This document shows, in pieces, positions 10,639 through 23,479 of a DNA stretch of 64,000 bases. A model generated the notes under the pieces. The model saw only the letters and a program-made list of their open reading frames with translations, made no database searches and had not been told where the DNA came from. Source of the DNA: Klebsormidium nitens (lineage: Eukaryota; Plantae; Klebsormidiophyceae); assembly GCA_000708835.1 (NCBI GenBank), contig DF237170.1, forward strand, positions 72,615 through 136,614, given 5' to 3'. Position 1 is the stretch's first letter. Each line of letters starts with the position of its first letter. Both the position numbers and the translations under genes were made by a program.

Positions 10639-13600
10639 TCACCTCCGCTTGTATATGCACGCCTTCAATGCCGGCCACGCCACGCCCCCCCCCTTCTTCC
10701 CGGGCCGTTCCTCACCCCCTTTTCGAAACTCCCACCAGATAAACATCTTGTTCGAGTCGTCCTGACGCACTAATTGGAAGCCTAGCTTCTTGAGCGCCCC
10801 CACGAAAGCCCTCGGATCGGCGCCCCCGTTTCGGGGGTCAAACCGGCTCTTCACCTCCGCTATTAGGAGCCAACCCCCCGAAATGAGAACGCGGTGCGCC
10901 TCCTCTAGGAACGAACCGTAGTCCGTGCCCATAAGGGAAAGGCAGAAGACTGCCACGTCGACGGATGCGCTCTCCAGTGGAGTCTGCAAAGAAAGTCGTA
11001 ACTCCGATGCGTCAGCCGTTCTTGGTTGTTTGACTTGAGGGCAACCATAGATGCTGGGTTAACGGGTTTGAATTTTCGTTTGTACCGGAGGTTCGGGGCT
11101 GACCTGCGGACCAAATCTCGAGCAAACAAGTTGACCGGCCTCTTGAGTATTGGAGGGGCTGACTGATCCAGTGAACCAAAGTCACAGGTGAACGTGGAGT
11201 TTCGTGGGATTGCTCTGATCTTGCCAACTCGGGCAGGAACGTTAATACGGGTCGAGCACAGGGCACCATCAGCCGCCCTCAAAGCGCGTGACAAGAAACG
11301 TAAGCGCAGCGTTACAAGAATCAACTTCTTCCTTCTCTTTGCAGCACAGGACGCCTTCTCTTGAAAGCAGGCAACAGACGTTACCCTACTGTGAACTGGC
11401 TTTTTGGGAACGGCCTACTTCAGCCTTCACTTGATGGGAACACAACAGATTCCAGAACTTTACAATTAACCACACCGTTGAGTACTTTGAGGAGCATCGC
11501 AAGCGGGGCGTGTCTAGACAGCGGGGCTTTCTCAGGCACAGCAAGAGCATCAGAGTGGGGACGCAACAAAGAATGTTCTGGTCGGAAAATGCTCAGAGCG
11601 AAACGCGAAGACCAAACAGAGGGAGAGGGGATCGCGACTTGGACCATCGGGCGGAAGAAACGAAAGGTACTGCTGTCGGACCAACAACACGGGCTGGAAA
11701 TACACACACAGGTGTGAAGAGCAGCCCAACAATGCAGCCACGCAGTTATTCGGCGCCCTCCCTATGAGCCCGCAGAGTTGCTGCCGTCACTAAGGGACTA
11801 CCGAGAGCCACTCTGAAGCGATCTTGCCGATATCCCGAGGAAGGCAAAATGCTAAGAGAGAATGTTTGCGTAACCGCCTTTTGAATCAGTTTTATAGCCC
11901 CACAGATTTACTGCCGGTCACGGGCGTCTCGCCGTCAGCTACTACAAGGACTACAGCCGACAACAATTGCCGCGCAGACGACAGAGTTTCAGCTCGATCC
12001 CGATCCTTGAATCACTACAAAGGTAACAATCCGCGGAAAGCAGTGACTTCGCGCCTCAACGCCCAAGTTGCTGCACCCGCGGAGATTGGGCCGTCGAAGC
12101 TCAACCCGCTTCGAGCAAAGGCTTTCTGACACCACGTTTCGCACGCACGCAGAGAGGAAGGGCGTTCCGGCAGGGCGGTGTCAAGACTCACGTGAGCCAT
12201 GTTGCAGGCAATCACTCCCGGGTGCGCCGCCACCAAGTCTAGGGAGAACACCTTGTTCTTGACACTGGCCGCAAGGCGCGCATCGCCTGAGAGAAACGAG
12301 CGCTGACGTCAGCCAAAGGAGTTGGGAATGGCTGACGTCAGCTGGAGGGAGCCGGCGATGGCTGACGTCTCCGAGCAGAGGGGCAAGGTGACGGTGACGT
12401 CAGGTGGAGAGGGCTCGACCGACAACGGAAGCACGCTTGTTTGAGTAGAAGCGGAGGGATGGCATGCCGTTTTGAGTAAGCGAGATTTCGCGCTTTACAT
12501 GGCAATGAAAAGAGTAGCCAGAATGCAGAGACAGGAAGCGAACAAGACAAGTAAACCAAACGTTGAGGCATGCTGACCCAAGCGTCTTCAAATGACATTC
12601 TTCGTGCGTCAAATGTTGAAAGCAGCCGGTTCCTGCAGCGGACTTTCCTCTTTTTTTGGAATATTTCAAAAGCAAGAACAAAAAGAATGCACGAAGTCAA
12701 ACTGGAATTGCCCACGGGGACAGTAAAATCGCCAACTGGGACGTCTATCAATCCGAGAAGGGGTCAGAAAACCTGATCCTCCATCGGCAATCTGGGTTCT
12801 GAGCTCAAGTACGACGATCTTTCTTCTCCGACAGCCTGCTGACTTGCTCTGCTTTCGCCTAGCTTTCCCCTTCACGGTAAGCCTGAACTTAAAGTGGGCA
12901 TAGGCGGCACGCCGGCGGCATGGCCGAAGCGTGACGACGGCACAAGCTAGGCAAGCGAGCATCGTTCGATAGATTCAACCCCAGCTTTCCTGCCGTCCGA
13001 TTCGAAATGCACTCCCGAGTGCATACGCCCACTTTAAATACGCCAAAGAATCCGTCTATACTTGCTGGCCCGTCCAGCTGCAACGACCCAGCATCCAAAT
13101 TCTTGTTGCTGCCTTCACTTTTCGACGACGTTGAATATACAGAAGCATGAGTTCAGACACGCGAACTTATGCGTACTAATTCACCACTCACACAGGATAA
13201 GATCCTTTAGAGAGTGCTTTGAAAGCAGCCCAAATTCCCAGGCTCTGGCCCCGATATCACTCACCGCAGCCAAAGTCCGCAACAGTGAGGGCCGGCCCGC
13301 GCGACCGGAGCCATTCCCCGACCACTTGTACCGGGAGCTTCGGCCAGTGCGCCATTTGCTCTTGATAGCCCCGGTGGTAGTGTCCAAACTGACCGGGGTC
13401 CTTTTGGAACGAGGCGAAAGCGTCGGCTCCCCGGCTCGTGTAGAGGCGCTCGTTCAGCATGCGGAAGTGGCCGCCTTGCAGGCGCGCGCGCATCTGTACA
13501 AGGGGGAAGGACGTGGTTAGGCAATTATGTGTTAGGGGAGGGGACTGAGCAGCTGGAAAATTTCGGTGTGCACGGAGAGCATGTGGAACGCCAGAAAAGC

Positions 13601-15226
13601 GTTCCCGGTGGCATTCTGGTGTGTCGGGTGGGTCGGCAAAATGAGATTGAAATGCGGAAATTGGTGCAGGGGCCATCTTTCGGCAATCTCGGACACAACT
13701 TCTGGGGTTTTAAGTTGGGAAATGTGCCTGCGCCCAGCAGGGGGTATAGAGACCGTCGGGACTTAGAGGTCCTGTCCGAAGCAGATACTTTTGAGAAACC
13801 AGTCAAAAGATGAGGAGATGCCTTACTTCCAAAAAAACTTGTCAGACCAAAGAATGCTCTCAGGTTGAACATCAAGGCCTTTATGAAGAGAGGTCTACGA
13901 CATGAAACACGTCTTGAGTCAGATGAAACAGCCCAAGGCGACTCAACACTTGGGGAAAGACAAGCAACTTGAAGCAGGAAGAGAACTCCAAGTTGAGGGC
14001 AATATAAGAAGTCGTACGGGGTCTGCCTTTGAGGAGACTTCATTACATCCTACAAATTGACTGTTTATTTTGAAACGTTCCAAGAAAAAGCAACGATCTT
14101 CGGTTGCATAGGACCCACAAACTGTTTATGCAACTCAAAGAAGATGACTGACGATCCAAATGCACCAACATAGCAGAGAGCAGTCTCAATGATCTGGATA
14201 CCTTAGAGCTTCATCGTCTCCAGTTATTTCCCGGAATTGAGGAGTATAAAACGCTTGAAGAGAAGTTGCATCCCTCGAGAAACAAAGTGTCCGTTTGACC
14301 AAGCCGAAGGTGCAGTTTCAAAGCAGTTCTGACAGGGCCCTCACCTTGTCCAACAAGGAAGACTGCCGTGGTGCTGATCCTTGAGGGGCCTTGTTCCCAC
14401 CACCATTTGCAGGCGTCTCCCTCTCAGCCCCAGCATCTCTCATCGCTGCAAAGGGCCCCTCCCCCTTCTCACCCCTCCCCACCTCTGAGTCATTTGCGTC
14501 CCCCCTGCTGTTTTCTTTCTCGCTACTGCCCCCCTCCAATTTTCCCCTTTGTCCCTTCTTTTTTTTCTTTTTCTTCCTCCCTTTTGATCTCCCCTCGTTC
14601 ACCCCGTCCTGCTCGCTTGATCCATTCCGTTCACTTTCTACGTGCGCCTCAGCTCCTTTCGAGCGGTCTGAACTGACGCCCATCTCCCGCCTATCTGCCT
14701 CTATATGTTGTCCGCCGGCATCCGCCTTATCTTCCTCCGGCCGCTTTTCCCGCTTCTTCTTACCTGTATCCCCGTCCAGATTTTGGCTACTCAGCTTGTT
14801 GCTCCTTCCACTGGCAGCTCCATTGGCAGCTCCAGGGTCCGCCCCATGTGTCTCCCCCTTCGCTCTTTGTCTCTTCACTCCTTTTGACCCCCTGTTTCCA
14901 CTGACAATCTCCATTCCTTCAGATCTCGCCGTATCCACACCACCTCTTTTCTGCTTCTGATTTTCATCTCTGGGACTTTTGTGCCCCTTTTTCTTGCCCA
15001 TAGCATTCTTTCCGATTGCTCCAAATCTTGATGCACCACCCTTTTTCACGCCATTTGCAGCACCCCGCTGCCCTTTCTGCTTACCAGCACTTTCCACCCC
15101 ATCTGACTTAGTAAGCAAAATACCGGTCCCTTCTCTATGAACCACCTCGCCAGAGTGTCGCACGCGCTGCTTGACTGGAGAAGTTTCCACTTCCCTGGTC
15201 TCAGCGACCGGCCGCTTCCGCTTCAT
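10639..15226 (-). CDS. RRP8: Ribosomal RNA-processing protein 8 (25S rRNA m1A methyltransferase / nucleomethylin), 516 aa. Exons 15226-14345, 13493-13265, 12286-12192, 10983-10639
   Basis: A Lys-rich N-terminus is followed by MRARLQGGHFRMLNERLYT, F..YH.GY.EQ..HWP..PV, VADFGCGDARLA, DLVA, ACNMAH|TPL, DVAVFCLSLMGT, L.IAEVKSRF and F.ACIYKRR. Exon phases agree and the total is 1551 nt. Confidence 0.93.
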
Positions 15227-15993
15227 AGCTTGTCACCGGCGCGCTTCAGAATGCAAGCCCAGTCGGGAACAGCGACTCAAATTCAAATGATGACAAGACC
15301 AATAGCAGATCCTTGGACAAGGGGAATCCTCTGAGTATGAAAGGCGCCTTGCAAAGAAGCTCCTTCTCCCAGACCGTCCCCAAACATCTATGGTAGTCAC
15401 AGGCTCACATAGGCTTTTGCAAAGGAGAGTAATATCTTCCTTTTACTTCGAGTTTCCTCGAGCTGGTAGAAGTATTGGGCTTTGGCCCGTTTGTTGGAAT
15501 TTAAGCAGGATTTTCTGCAAAGCTGTATAGGTACACAAGCCCGATTCTACTTTGTTCCTTGTTTTGGGGTAGGGCCCAGAGCCGCAGACCGTCAACTAGA
15601 ATCGTGCATCTATTAAACATAAATTTTTCGAAAACCTCGGCCTATGTTGTCATTGTTGATCGACGTATGCATCAAGTGGAAACATTTGTGTGCAATTTTG
15701 CAAATTTTGGCACGTAGTCCTACCTAGGCACACCTTGAAACACATTGCAAGCTGATCAACTCCGATCGAGTCCAAGTAGCAGCAAGGTAGAATCATCAGG
15801 AATGCGCCACCGGCGCAAGACATGGCTGCGACTTTCTTCATGGCGGTCATGTCTCAACCTATTCTCACTGCTAGTGAACCAAACTAGCAATGCCGGGCCA
15901 GATTACGACCCAGATTACTCGTTCTCAAGAGCTCATCTGCAGGGAATCCATCAGGTTGATAATCACAACAGGAGCTGAAAGAACGGGTGCGGT

Positions 15994-18900
15994 ATGATGG
16001 CTGTCAGCCTCCGTGCACAGAGTGGTGCCTTTTCGTTAGACCGCGCCTTTCGATGCAATTCCCTCAGGTCAAGAGGGGGCAATCCGGTCAGTCGCAACTC
16101 GCAATGGGCCCAGTTCTGCCAGCAAGCAGGAACACATGGCCCCATAATAAGAAAGGAGATCTGCCAGCTGTCACATCATGTCATTAGAGGTTCAAGTCGC
16201 TACAAAGGTCCTAGAAGAACAACTGCAATTGGTGGGGAAGCAGGGGGCTTGTGCAGCAAAATCAGCAGCAATGCTGTCAGACTGTCAAGACCAAAGCCTA
16301 ATGAAAGCTCAAGGGGTGGTACACTGAGCCTATCTTTGAAGAGAGGCGTCCAAAAGTGTCCGCCTGTCCGTAATGTGGGGGTATGCAAATCGTCGTTGCG
16401 GACTGAGCACGCTGAGGGGATCAGCGCAGGAGAGGAACCGGCGCCTGAGGTGGGGGATGTGGAGGAACCGGGGGCGGTGGAAGAGGAAAGCAAAGAAAGT
16501 GAGTTGCGCAACTGTTCCTGGGGCTCATAAGACTTCCATAAATCGAAAACAACAAAACGCCACAAGCTGGGGACTTCAATGTTTCTTCTTTAGACCTTTT
16601 ATAGATTGTTCTGGTCAAAGTGCCCCATTCGTCCAGTTTTAAGGGCAGCTCAGCAAGAGAGGGTGGCAAGCATTATGGTGCACATGAACTTTCAAGTTGG
16701 AGTTGAGGGGGGATCAGCTCAGCGCTTTTGCATCCAGTAGGTATTGAAGATCTTCTACACCACCGCTAGGGCCCTCTCTCTTTGATCCTTGTTAACTGCG
16801 CTCTTGGCTGTCACATCAACTTAAGTGCTGCGAACACGGAGTCATCGGCTTGCACATGGCATTCCTCCATCTTGAGATTCCTTGGAGACACTACCAGCCG
16901 CACAGCGCCAATGACGACGGAATTTTGAACAATCTTTAACCACTGGGAACATTGCTTCGTGCATTTTGACTTGAAGTCTCTAAATTGGGTCGTCTTAGGT
17001 CGTCCACAACGGATCTTCTTGAAAAATTAGGAACGACACAGATGAACTATACCAGTGCTTCTCCAGGGTCGTTGTTTCTTGCTGCGGGCGTGGTGGGCCT
17101 TGCCACAGTGGGGGCGAAAATCCTGGGCCTCGGGCGAGAAAGCACGCTGGCCGCCGCCTTTGGAGTGGGGCCCGTCATGAACGCGTACAGGTACGAACTG
17201 TTTGGTTTACCATCTGCACTTGGTTTCTCGTCCCCTCTCCACTGGGGATTTACTTGTTTTAAAGAAGTTTTCTCATGCAGACAGTTGCGCGTAAAACGAT
17301 GTGGGAATCTTTGTTGGCACTTTTCTGTCTGGTCGGTCACGATGGCAGGTTAATGTCTTCAACTTTAATCACATGTTTGAAGCAAGATGAAAGAAGTCAA
17401 GTTTGATACGACTACAAAGGTTCCTTCCTTCTGGGTGCAGTTATGCCTCCATCTTGCCGACTTTCCTCATCTCCATGCTTGGCGGAATCAACGGCCCTTT
17501 CCACTCCGCCATAACCGCCGCCCTCGCCCGCCGCTCCCCGCCTGCCGGGCGCGCCCTCGTCGAAAAAGTCTCCACTCTAGTTCTCCTCACCTTCACTCTC
17601 GTCTCGCTAGTAATCTTCCTCAACGCCCCCGCGCTCGTAGACTTGGCCGCTCCCGGGCTGATGACGTCAGCGGAGGGCGCAATGACGTCAGCGATCGCGG
17701 TGGCGCAGCTGAGAGTGATGGCGCCGTGCGCGCTTCTAGCGGCGCTCCTCGGGGTCGGATTCGGGAGCCTCAACTCGGCTGGGGTGTATGCGCTGCCGAG
17801 TCTGAGCCCGGCACTCAGCAGCGGATCCATCATAGCAGCGGTGAGAAAATGCCGCCAATTTTTCGGCTCGTTTTTCTGCGTATATGATGCCGCCAGTTTC
17901 TTCTCGTGTCTTTCGCTCCTTTTCTCAGACTTCTGTTATAGGACCTTCATCAGCGATGTTGTTTCTGGATGATCTCTTCGTAGACAATCGCAGCGTCTTG
18001 TGAAATACGAAATCCACTGCGCCCAAAACTCGTTGAGACAAGCGTGTAGTTGACCAGGAAAACCGCGATTCTCCCCGATCTGGGCCTGGCTTCATTCGAG
18101 CCGTTGAGCGATTCTGATCGATTGGGCCACTTCTCATAGACGAAGCCAATTAGCACGAGGTCGAGCGCAGTGTGGCCGCGAGACTTTTTGAAAGATTTGA
18201 CGGCGTACAGCTTGTAAACCCTGGCGTGTCAGGTTTCAGATACACCATTGGACGGTCAAGCAGTACGTTCTGAGTGATGGAAAGGACTCACGGGGAGGAT
18301 AAGAATGAGTGACGATAAGAGATGGTGGCACCCAACATACGTACTTTTCGCAGGTGCTCTTTCACTGCTGGCGAAATGGGGGAACGGCGGGGCTGGGCCC
18401 ACACAATGCGATGGCCGGTGGGATCGCGGTTGCGAGCGGCTTTCTTGCAGGGGCGACCCTGCAGTGGGCCGTACAGGTGAGCGGTCCCTTTCATCTTATA
18501 ATCGTTGCCAGCTTCGATATAGGACTTTAACTGTCTTGGTAATGAACTTGAAGAGCAACCGAGGGTCTACCGATCTTAGCCTCGTCCCCCGAAACTACGA
18601 AGCTTCAAGTGCTTTTCCCTGGAGAAGGCCGAAAAAATGAAGCACGCTGACGTATCGGACGACTTGTGGGCAACAGACAGACATTGTTCCGGGTGTATCG
18701 TCTCACACAGCGCAGATTGCCTGTTAACGTTACTCTGTAAGTTTTGGAGCGTGGATTATACACTCTGCATTCGAGGAACTATGAGACACAACAAACATAC
18801 CTTCAAGCCGGCACACACAAACCTAAGCGATTTTCATCATCTTTGTAGGCGGCAACTCAGCTTCGGCTTGGCCTCGGTACCCTGCGGTTACAATGGGCTA

Positions 18901-21900
18901 ACCCGTTGACTGACCCCGGGTTAAGAGAGGTTTTGGCCGTCATGGTCCCTGGAGCTGTCGCGTCGGGGATGCTCCAGATTGCCACGTACACCGACCTCCA
19001 CTTCGCTTCGTTTCTTCCGGGGGCGGCCGCGGCGCTTGGATGTGAGTACGCGTTCCTTTCTGGAAACCAGAGTCTGGCGGTTGTATCATCTTTCCGCAAG
19101 CGGTTGATGGGCTTGAATAATACTTGGCTTCGTTTCTTCCGGGGGCAGCTGCCGCGCTTGGCGGTGATTCTGCGTTCTTTTTACGAAGCATCAAAGTTCG
19201 CGGTTGGAAAGTATATTCCACGTCGGTTGACGGTTCTGAAAGATCATTTGCAAAGCAATCTCAGGTCCGTTGGGGGTTGTGCTTGGATTCTGCACCAGCC
19301 GTAAGGAGGTCAACTGTTTTCCAGTGTGTGGATTAGCATTTTCGGGTCGTCGTGAGACGTTCAGGAGATAGAGTTAGTTGCACGTGGTGTCTTAGACTGG
19401 CCGCCTAGATAAGGGCTAACGTATGCGGGCACAGGTCAGCTTCCCAACAACGTTCAGAGCATCGATCTTGCGACACCAACTGCCTTTCCAAACTGGTATC
19501 GTACGAAGCGGAGGACGCAGTTGCAGCTCGTTGGCTCGACTCCGGCACCTGAGCATCCTGTGCCAACCAATTGTGTTTCTCTGATCATCTGGGTTGTCCA
19601 AGGTCGAGACCCATCCTCCGCCGACTAGATGGAATCGTCGGATGGTGACGCGATCCAAAATTGCAGAAATAGGCCAGCAGAACAACCTAAGCTTTTAACT
19701 GAGTTGCGCCCGTCTCGTGCAGACGCGAATCTGCTCGTGCAGGCGCCACTTGGCATCCTCTCGAGCGCGCTGCTGGTGCCGATCCTGCCCCTCTTCGCGA
19801 AAAGCTCCGCGGTAAGCGTCCGAGTCGGCTCTTCTTGAAACCACTTGCTAAACCACGCGCTGAACCACTGGCTAAACCACTTGCTAAACCACTCGCTAAA
19901 GGTAGCAGAAGAAAGGCTCGCGTCCGGGTTTTGCCATGTTCTCTAACCTTCAAAACCTTGGGCCTAGAACCTAAAGTTTGGCGCCGCTTTGATATACAGG
20001 CAGAGCTAGTCTTATCTTTGCTCGACGGATCGCAGAACGACAGCAATTTGAGAATAGACAAAAGGTGGGAAAGTTAGCAGAGCGCAGGTCTCACTGGCTC
20101 TTTTTGTGTAGGTAATCTTCCGTTCAATTGGTAATCTCTTCAGTCTGTTGCTATCTGCTTGCTGAGGTGCCAAATCGACACTCACAAATGATTTTGCCAC
20201 ATCCGTTTCACAGCGGGAACACTGGCCTGAGCTGCGGCGGCGAATACGGCAAGGGGTCATTCTCGCAGCCGTAAGTCGCCCCCCTTTTTCAATGTAGGAT
20301 CAATGAGCGTTTTTCGTGAATACAGACTTTTGTCAAGTCTGAACCTGAGTTTGAAGTGAAGGGATTGTTGCTCTCAGCTTCTGTGTTCCAGTCGCATCAT
20401 CCCCTGACGTACCTGGCTCGAACACGTTCAAACAATTCCCATTGAATAGCTTCCTCAAAGATCGGCAAAGCGGGTTTTCTGTCCTCCAAAGTTGCCGTTC
20501 CGCTGATGTCACCAAGTGTCACAATCGGTGCAGGCCGTCACCCTCCCCCTGAGCCCCATCATGGCCCCTTGACGTCACCAACTCCTCGATCCTCCCCGCT
20601 TTTGACTGACCGTTTCGCAACCATGCGAAGTCCGACAGTACTCGCTCAAAATCGCTGACGTCACCAACTGAGTCACAAATTGTCATGTTTGTGCAGGCCG
20701 TCACGCTCCCCTTGACCGCCATCATGGCCCCCCTCTCCACGTCCGTCGTCAGAGTGCTCCTTCAGCGGAAGGCCTTTGACACTGCCGCCACGGCGCTAGT
20801 CGCGCCGCTCGTCGTTGGCTGTGAGTGGTGTCAACGCACGCTGCGTGTCGCGCTTATTCATCACGATCCTGGAATGGCATGTCACAAATTGCATATTTGA
20901 GAGATGCTAACCTGTGTTTTGGTCACGCCCTAAACAGCATCAACTTACACCCGCTCTCGTCTCTTCGTTTTAGATCTGATTGACCCTCTTACTATCTGTG
21001 ATCGGGCGCGCTTCGGTCCGCTTTGTCAAGCTAAAAGATCTCGTTTGCTTTCATCCCTTGATATAGTCGTCTTTCGGCCCGCCATAAGAATGGCCGGGGC
21101 ATGTTTTGGCCGCCAACCGAATGCCCACAACTTTGCCCGTAGAGTCGCTCGAACTTCATGTGTCCCCAAAAACGTTGATTCCGCAACACACTCTCAAGTC
21201 CCGCTTTCTATGTGCCTCCGCACGCTACCGAAAAGCCATCCACCCCACGGCTTGATTCTCTGCCATGTTCTTCTGTGATCCGTCAACACCGAAAGATTGG
21301 AAGCGCCGAGGCGTTCCAAGGGCTTTCATCAGATTGGCACATCTACACACGCTTCTCATTTCTGAAAAACCATAGCACTGTCTGCAGACCAGCTGGGGGC
21401 CATTGCTTACCTCATCCGTGACGTCTTGGTCCGCGTGTTTTACGCTCTCGGCGATGGGGCAACGCCCTTCTACACCAGCATTGCCGCCATCTTGGCGAAC
21501 GTCGTCCTTGACTGGCTGGCCGTCCGAAAGTTTGACCTGGGCGCTCAAGGCCTGGTACGGACGCTGACCTTGTCTTGGTCTTGCTCTTGGGAGCCTCGAT
21601 AATGCATTGGGTCCGTTTGAACGTTTCTAAGGAACCACAATTGCTCTTTGGGCGCTTTGAATGCTATGCTGATGCTTCTTGTACGCGTACGGGATGCTAT
21701 TTGAAGGGTTCTCAACCGCTCGAACGAGCAATGTCAACAGGACCGCCATGTGCTTTGAGCGCAAATTGCAACGCCCTTTTGAGAGTCTCTCAGACGCTTC
21801 TCCGACTTTCTTCAAGAACATTTGGAAGCTTTCGATGAGATTTTCGCCACTTTCGAAGCGCGTTTTCGCGGTTTGGACGCGTTTGATTGCGGACCGCGGC

Positions 21901-23479
21901 AGTTGTTGCGTTCGTTTACGTCGTGGAAAGTCTCCATACTACAGCGATGGTGTAGACAGAGCCCTCCTTTCCGGGTGCAGATCCTGGCCACTCTCTCGGT
22001 GAATGCCGCAAGCGGCGTCATTCTCCTTGCCGTTTTGTCCCGACGAGTAAACGGTGAGAGTAAATCAAAACCTACACTTTCGAGGGAACGTGCGAGGTCA
22101 ATGCAATAAAGTGGCCGCGTAACGTCAGCATGGATGGCTCTGTGCGCAGCACAGAGACCGCAGGGGCGCAGAGACGCAGGGACTTCGCAGAGCCTCTTCA
22201 TTGTCCCCAGCTTCGCAATACTCCTTCTGCTCTCCTCCTCTCGTGATTGACCGACTGCATAGTGAAGTTTCTGCCAGATTCTGTCCGCGAACCAAGTCCA
22301 TGCTGACACGTGGCACGCTCTAATTCGCAGATCTCCGGACCGAGGAGTGGGTCCGGCCGTTGCTGACGATGGTGGGCGCCGCTGTCGTGGCGGCATATGC
22401 CACCGCGCTGTCGCACGCGGCCGCGCTCCGGTTCCTCATGTTTCTCGCACCGCTCGTTACCCCTCCAACGCTGATGTCCAAGTAAGCGTCTTTGCGGCGT
22501 ACATACCTGTCGTTAACCTCCTCTCGTCGAACGTGTTTTCTAAGTATGCACTCCATAAGAACGAAGCACGTGCTCAGAGTCCACTCCTTTTATGACCAAG
22601 TTAAGAGTCTCGCTAATTTCTTTTGTCCTCACGTCCTTTCGGAGGGGTGTTAAGTTATCTTTTGGACAGATTTTCAGGGCTTCTAAACTGAAGGATCGAT
22701 GCATCAAGCCCGCAGTTTTTTTATCCGGTATCGAGCCCCAAGGAAATAGCAAACTAGTCATCATCATTTCTTCGCGGGAGGGCTAACGTCGTTCGTTGCT
22801 CCTTTAGAATACCCCGAATGAGGACGTCAGCCACCCAAAAGTCGTTCTTGCATCGCGATGCTCCTCAAAATTCAAATGCGCCTGTCCGTGCCCCTTTATC
22901 GCCCGCCAATTGCAAGCCCGCAGGCGACCTAACTCAGCGGATCCAAACGAGCCCTTCTCTTAGCCCGTTCTTTTTTAGGGTTTTAGAATTTTAGGGTTTT
23001 AGGGTGGCACAATTTCAAGTATCGCTCTCGTTTGAGATCCCCACATTAAATTTTCCGTTCCGGCAAACCCCTCGCTGTTTGGCAGCAGATGACAATGTCA
23101 ACGTGCCCTCCTTTAGTGAAGCTGAAGTGAGACTTGCACCGCTGCTACACGCATCAGAACTTATTCGCTTACACATCAGCTTCTGACGATTTCGCTCCAA
23201 ATTATTCGTCTCAGGTACTCGAGTAAAGAATAGCTTCTCCAGTGAGGCAGTTGCGGTCAACGGAACCGATAAACTCGACTTTCGCGTTATTTTGGGTGCC
23301 GAGTCATTCAGGCGCTCTCTTCCTTTTGCAGGGCCACATGGTTCGCCGAGTTTTCTGCCTGCGGGTGCGCGAGCATCTTCAGCCTCGCCACTTTTGTCGC
23401 CGTTCTCGTTTGGACGCGACTGCCCGAAGCCGACGCGATCAGCGTCAGGCTGCGCAAGAAGCTAGGCCTGCAGTTGTAA
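15994..23479 (+). CDS. murJ: MurJ/MviN lipid II flippase, cyanobacterial type, with an N-terminal extension resembling a plastid transit peptide; 729 aa. Exons 15994-16498, 17031-17190, 17441-17840, 18354-18476, 18849-19041, 19723-19811, 20214-20270, 20697-20820, 21388-21554, 21981-22053, 22331-22481, 23332-23479
   Basis: All 12 exons are GT-AG bounded and phase-consistent (2190 nt). Motifs: AKILGLGRE, LGGINGPFHSA, GATLQWAVQ, MLQIATYTDLHFAS, LGYANLLVQAPLGILS, RIRQG, RDVLVRVFYALGDGATPF, LATLSVN. The first ~130 aa are Ser/Arg-rich with few acidic residues. Confidence 0.9.
19838..19900. repeat. Intronic 12-bp tandem repeat (AAACCACTTGCT consensus, ~5 copies)
   Basis: aaaccacttgct aaaccacgcgct gaaccactggct aaaccacttgct aaaccactcgct. 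Confidence 0.85.
22973..23004 (+). repeat. Interstitial telomere-like array of four 8-mers in the last MurJ intron (three exact TTTTAGGG, one degenerate)
   Basis: TTTTAGGG TTTTAGAA TTTTAGGG TTTTAGGG read directly. Confidence 0.8.

Noticed and set aside
23085-23190. Possible intronic C/D snoRNA
   Set aside because: Box C is imperfect (ATGACA) and no rRNA antisense element is recognisable.
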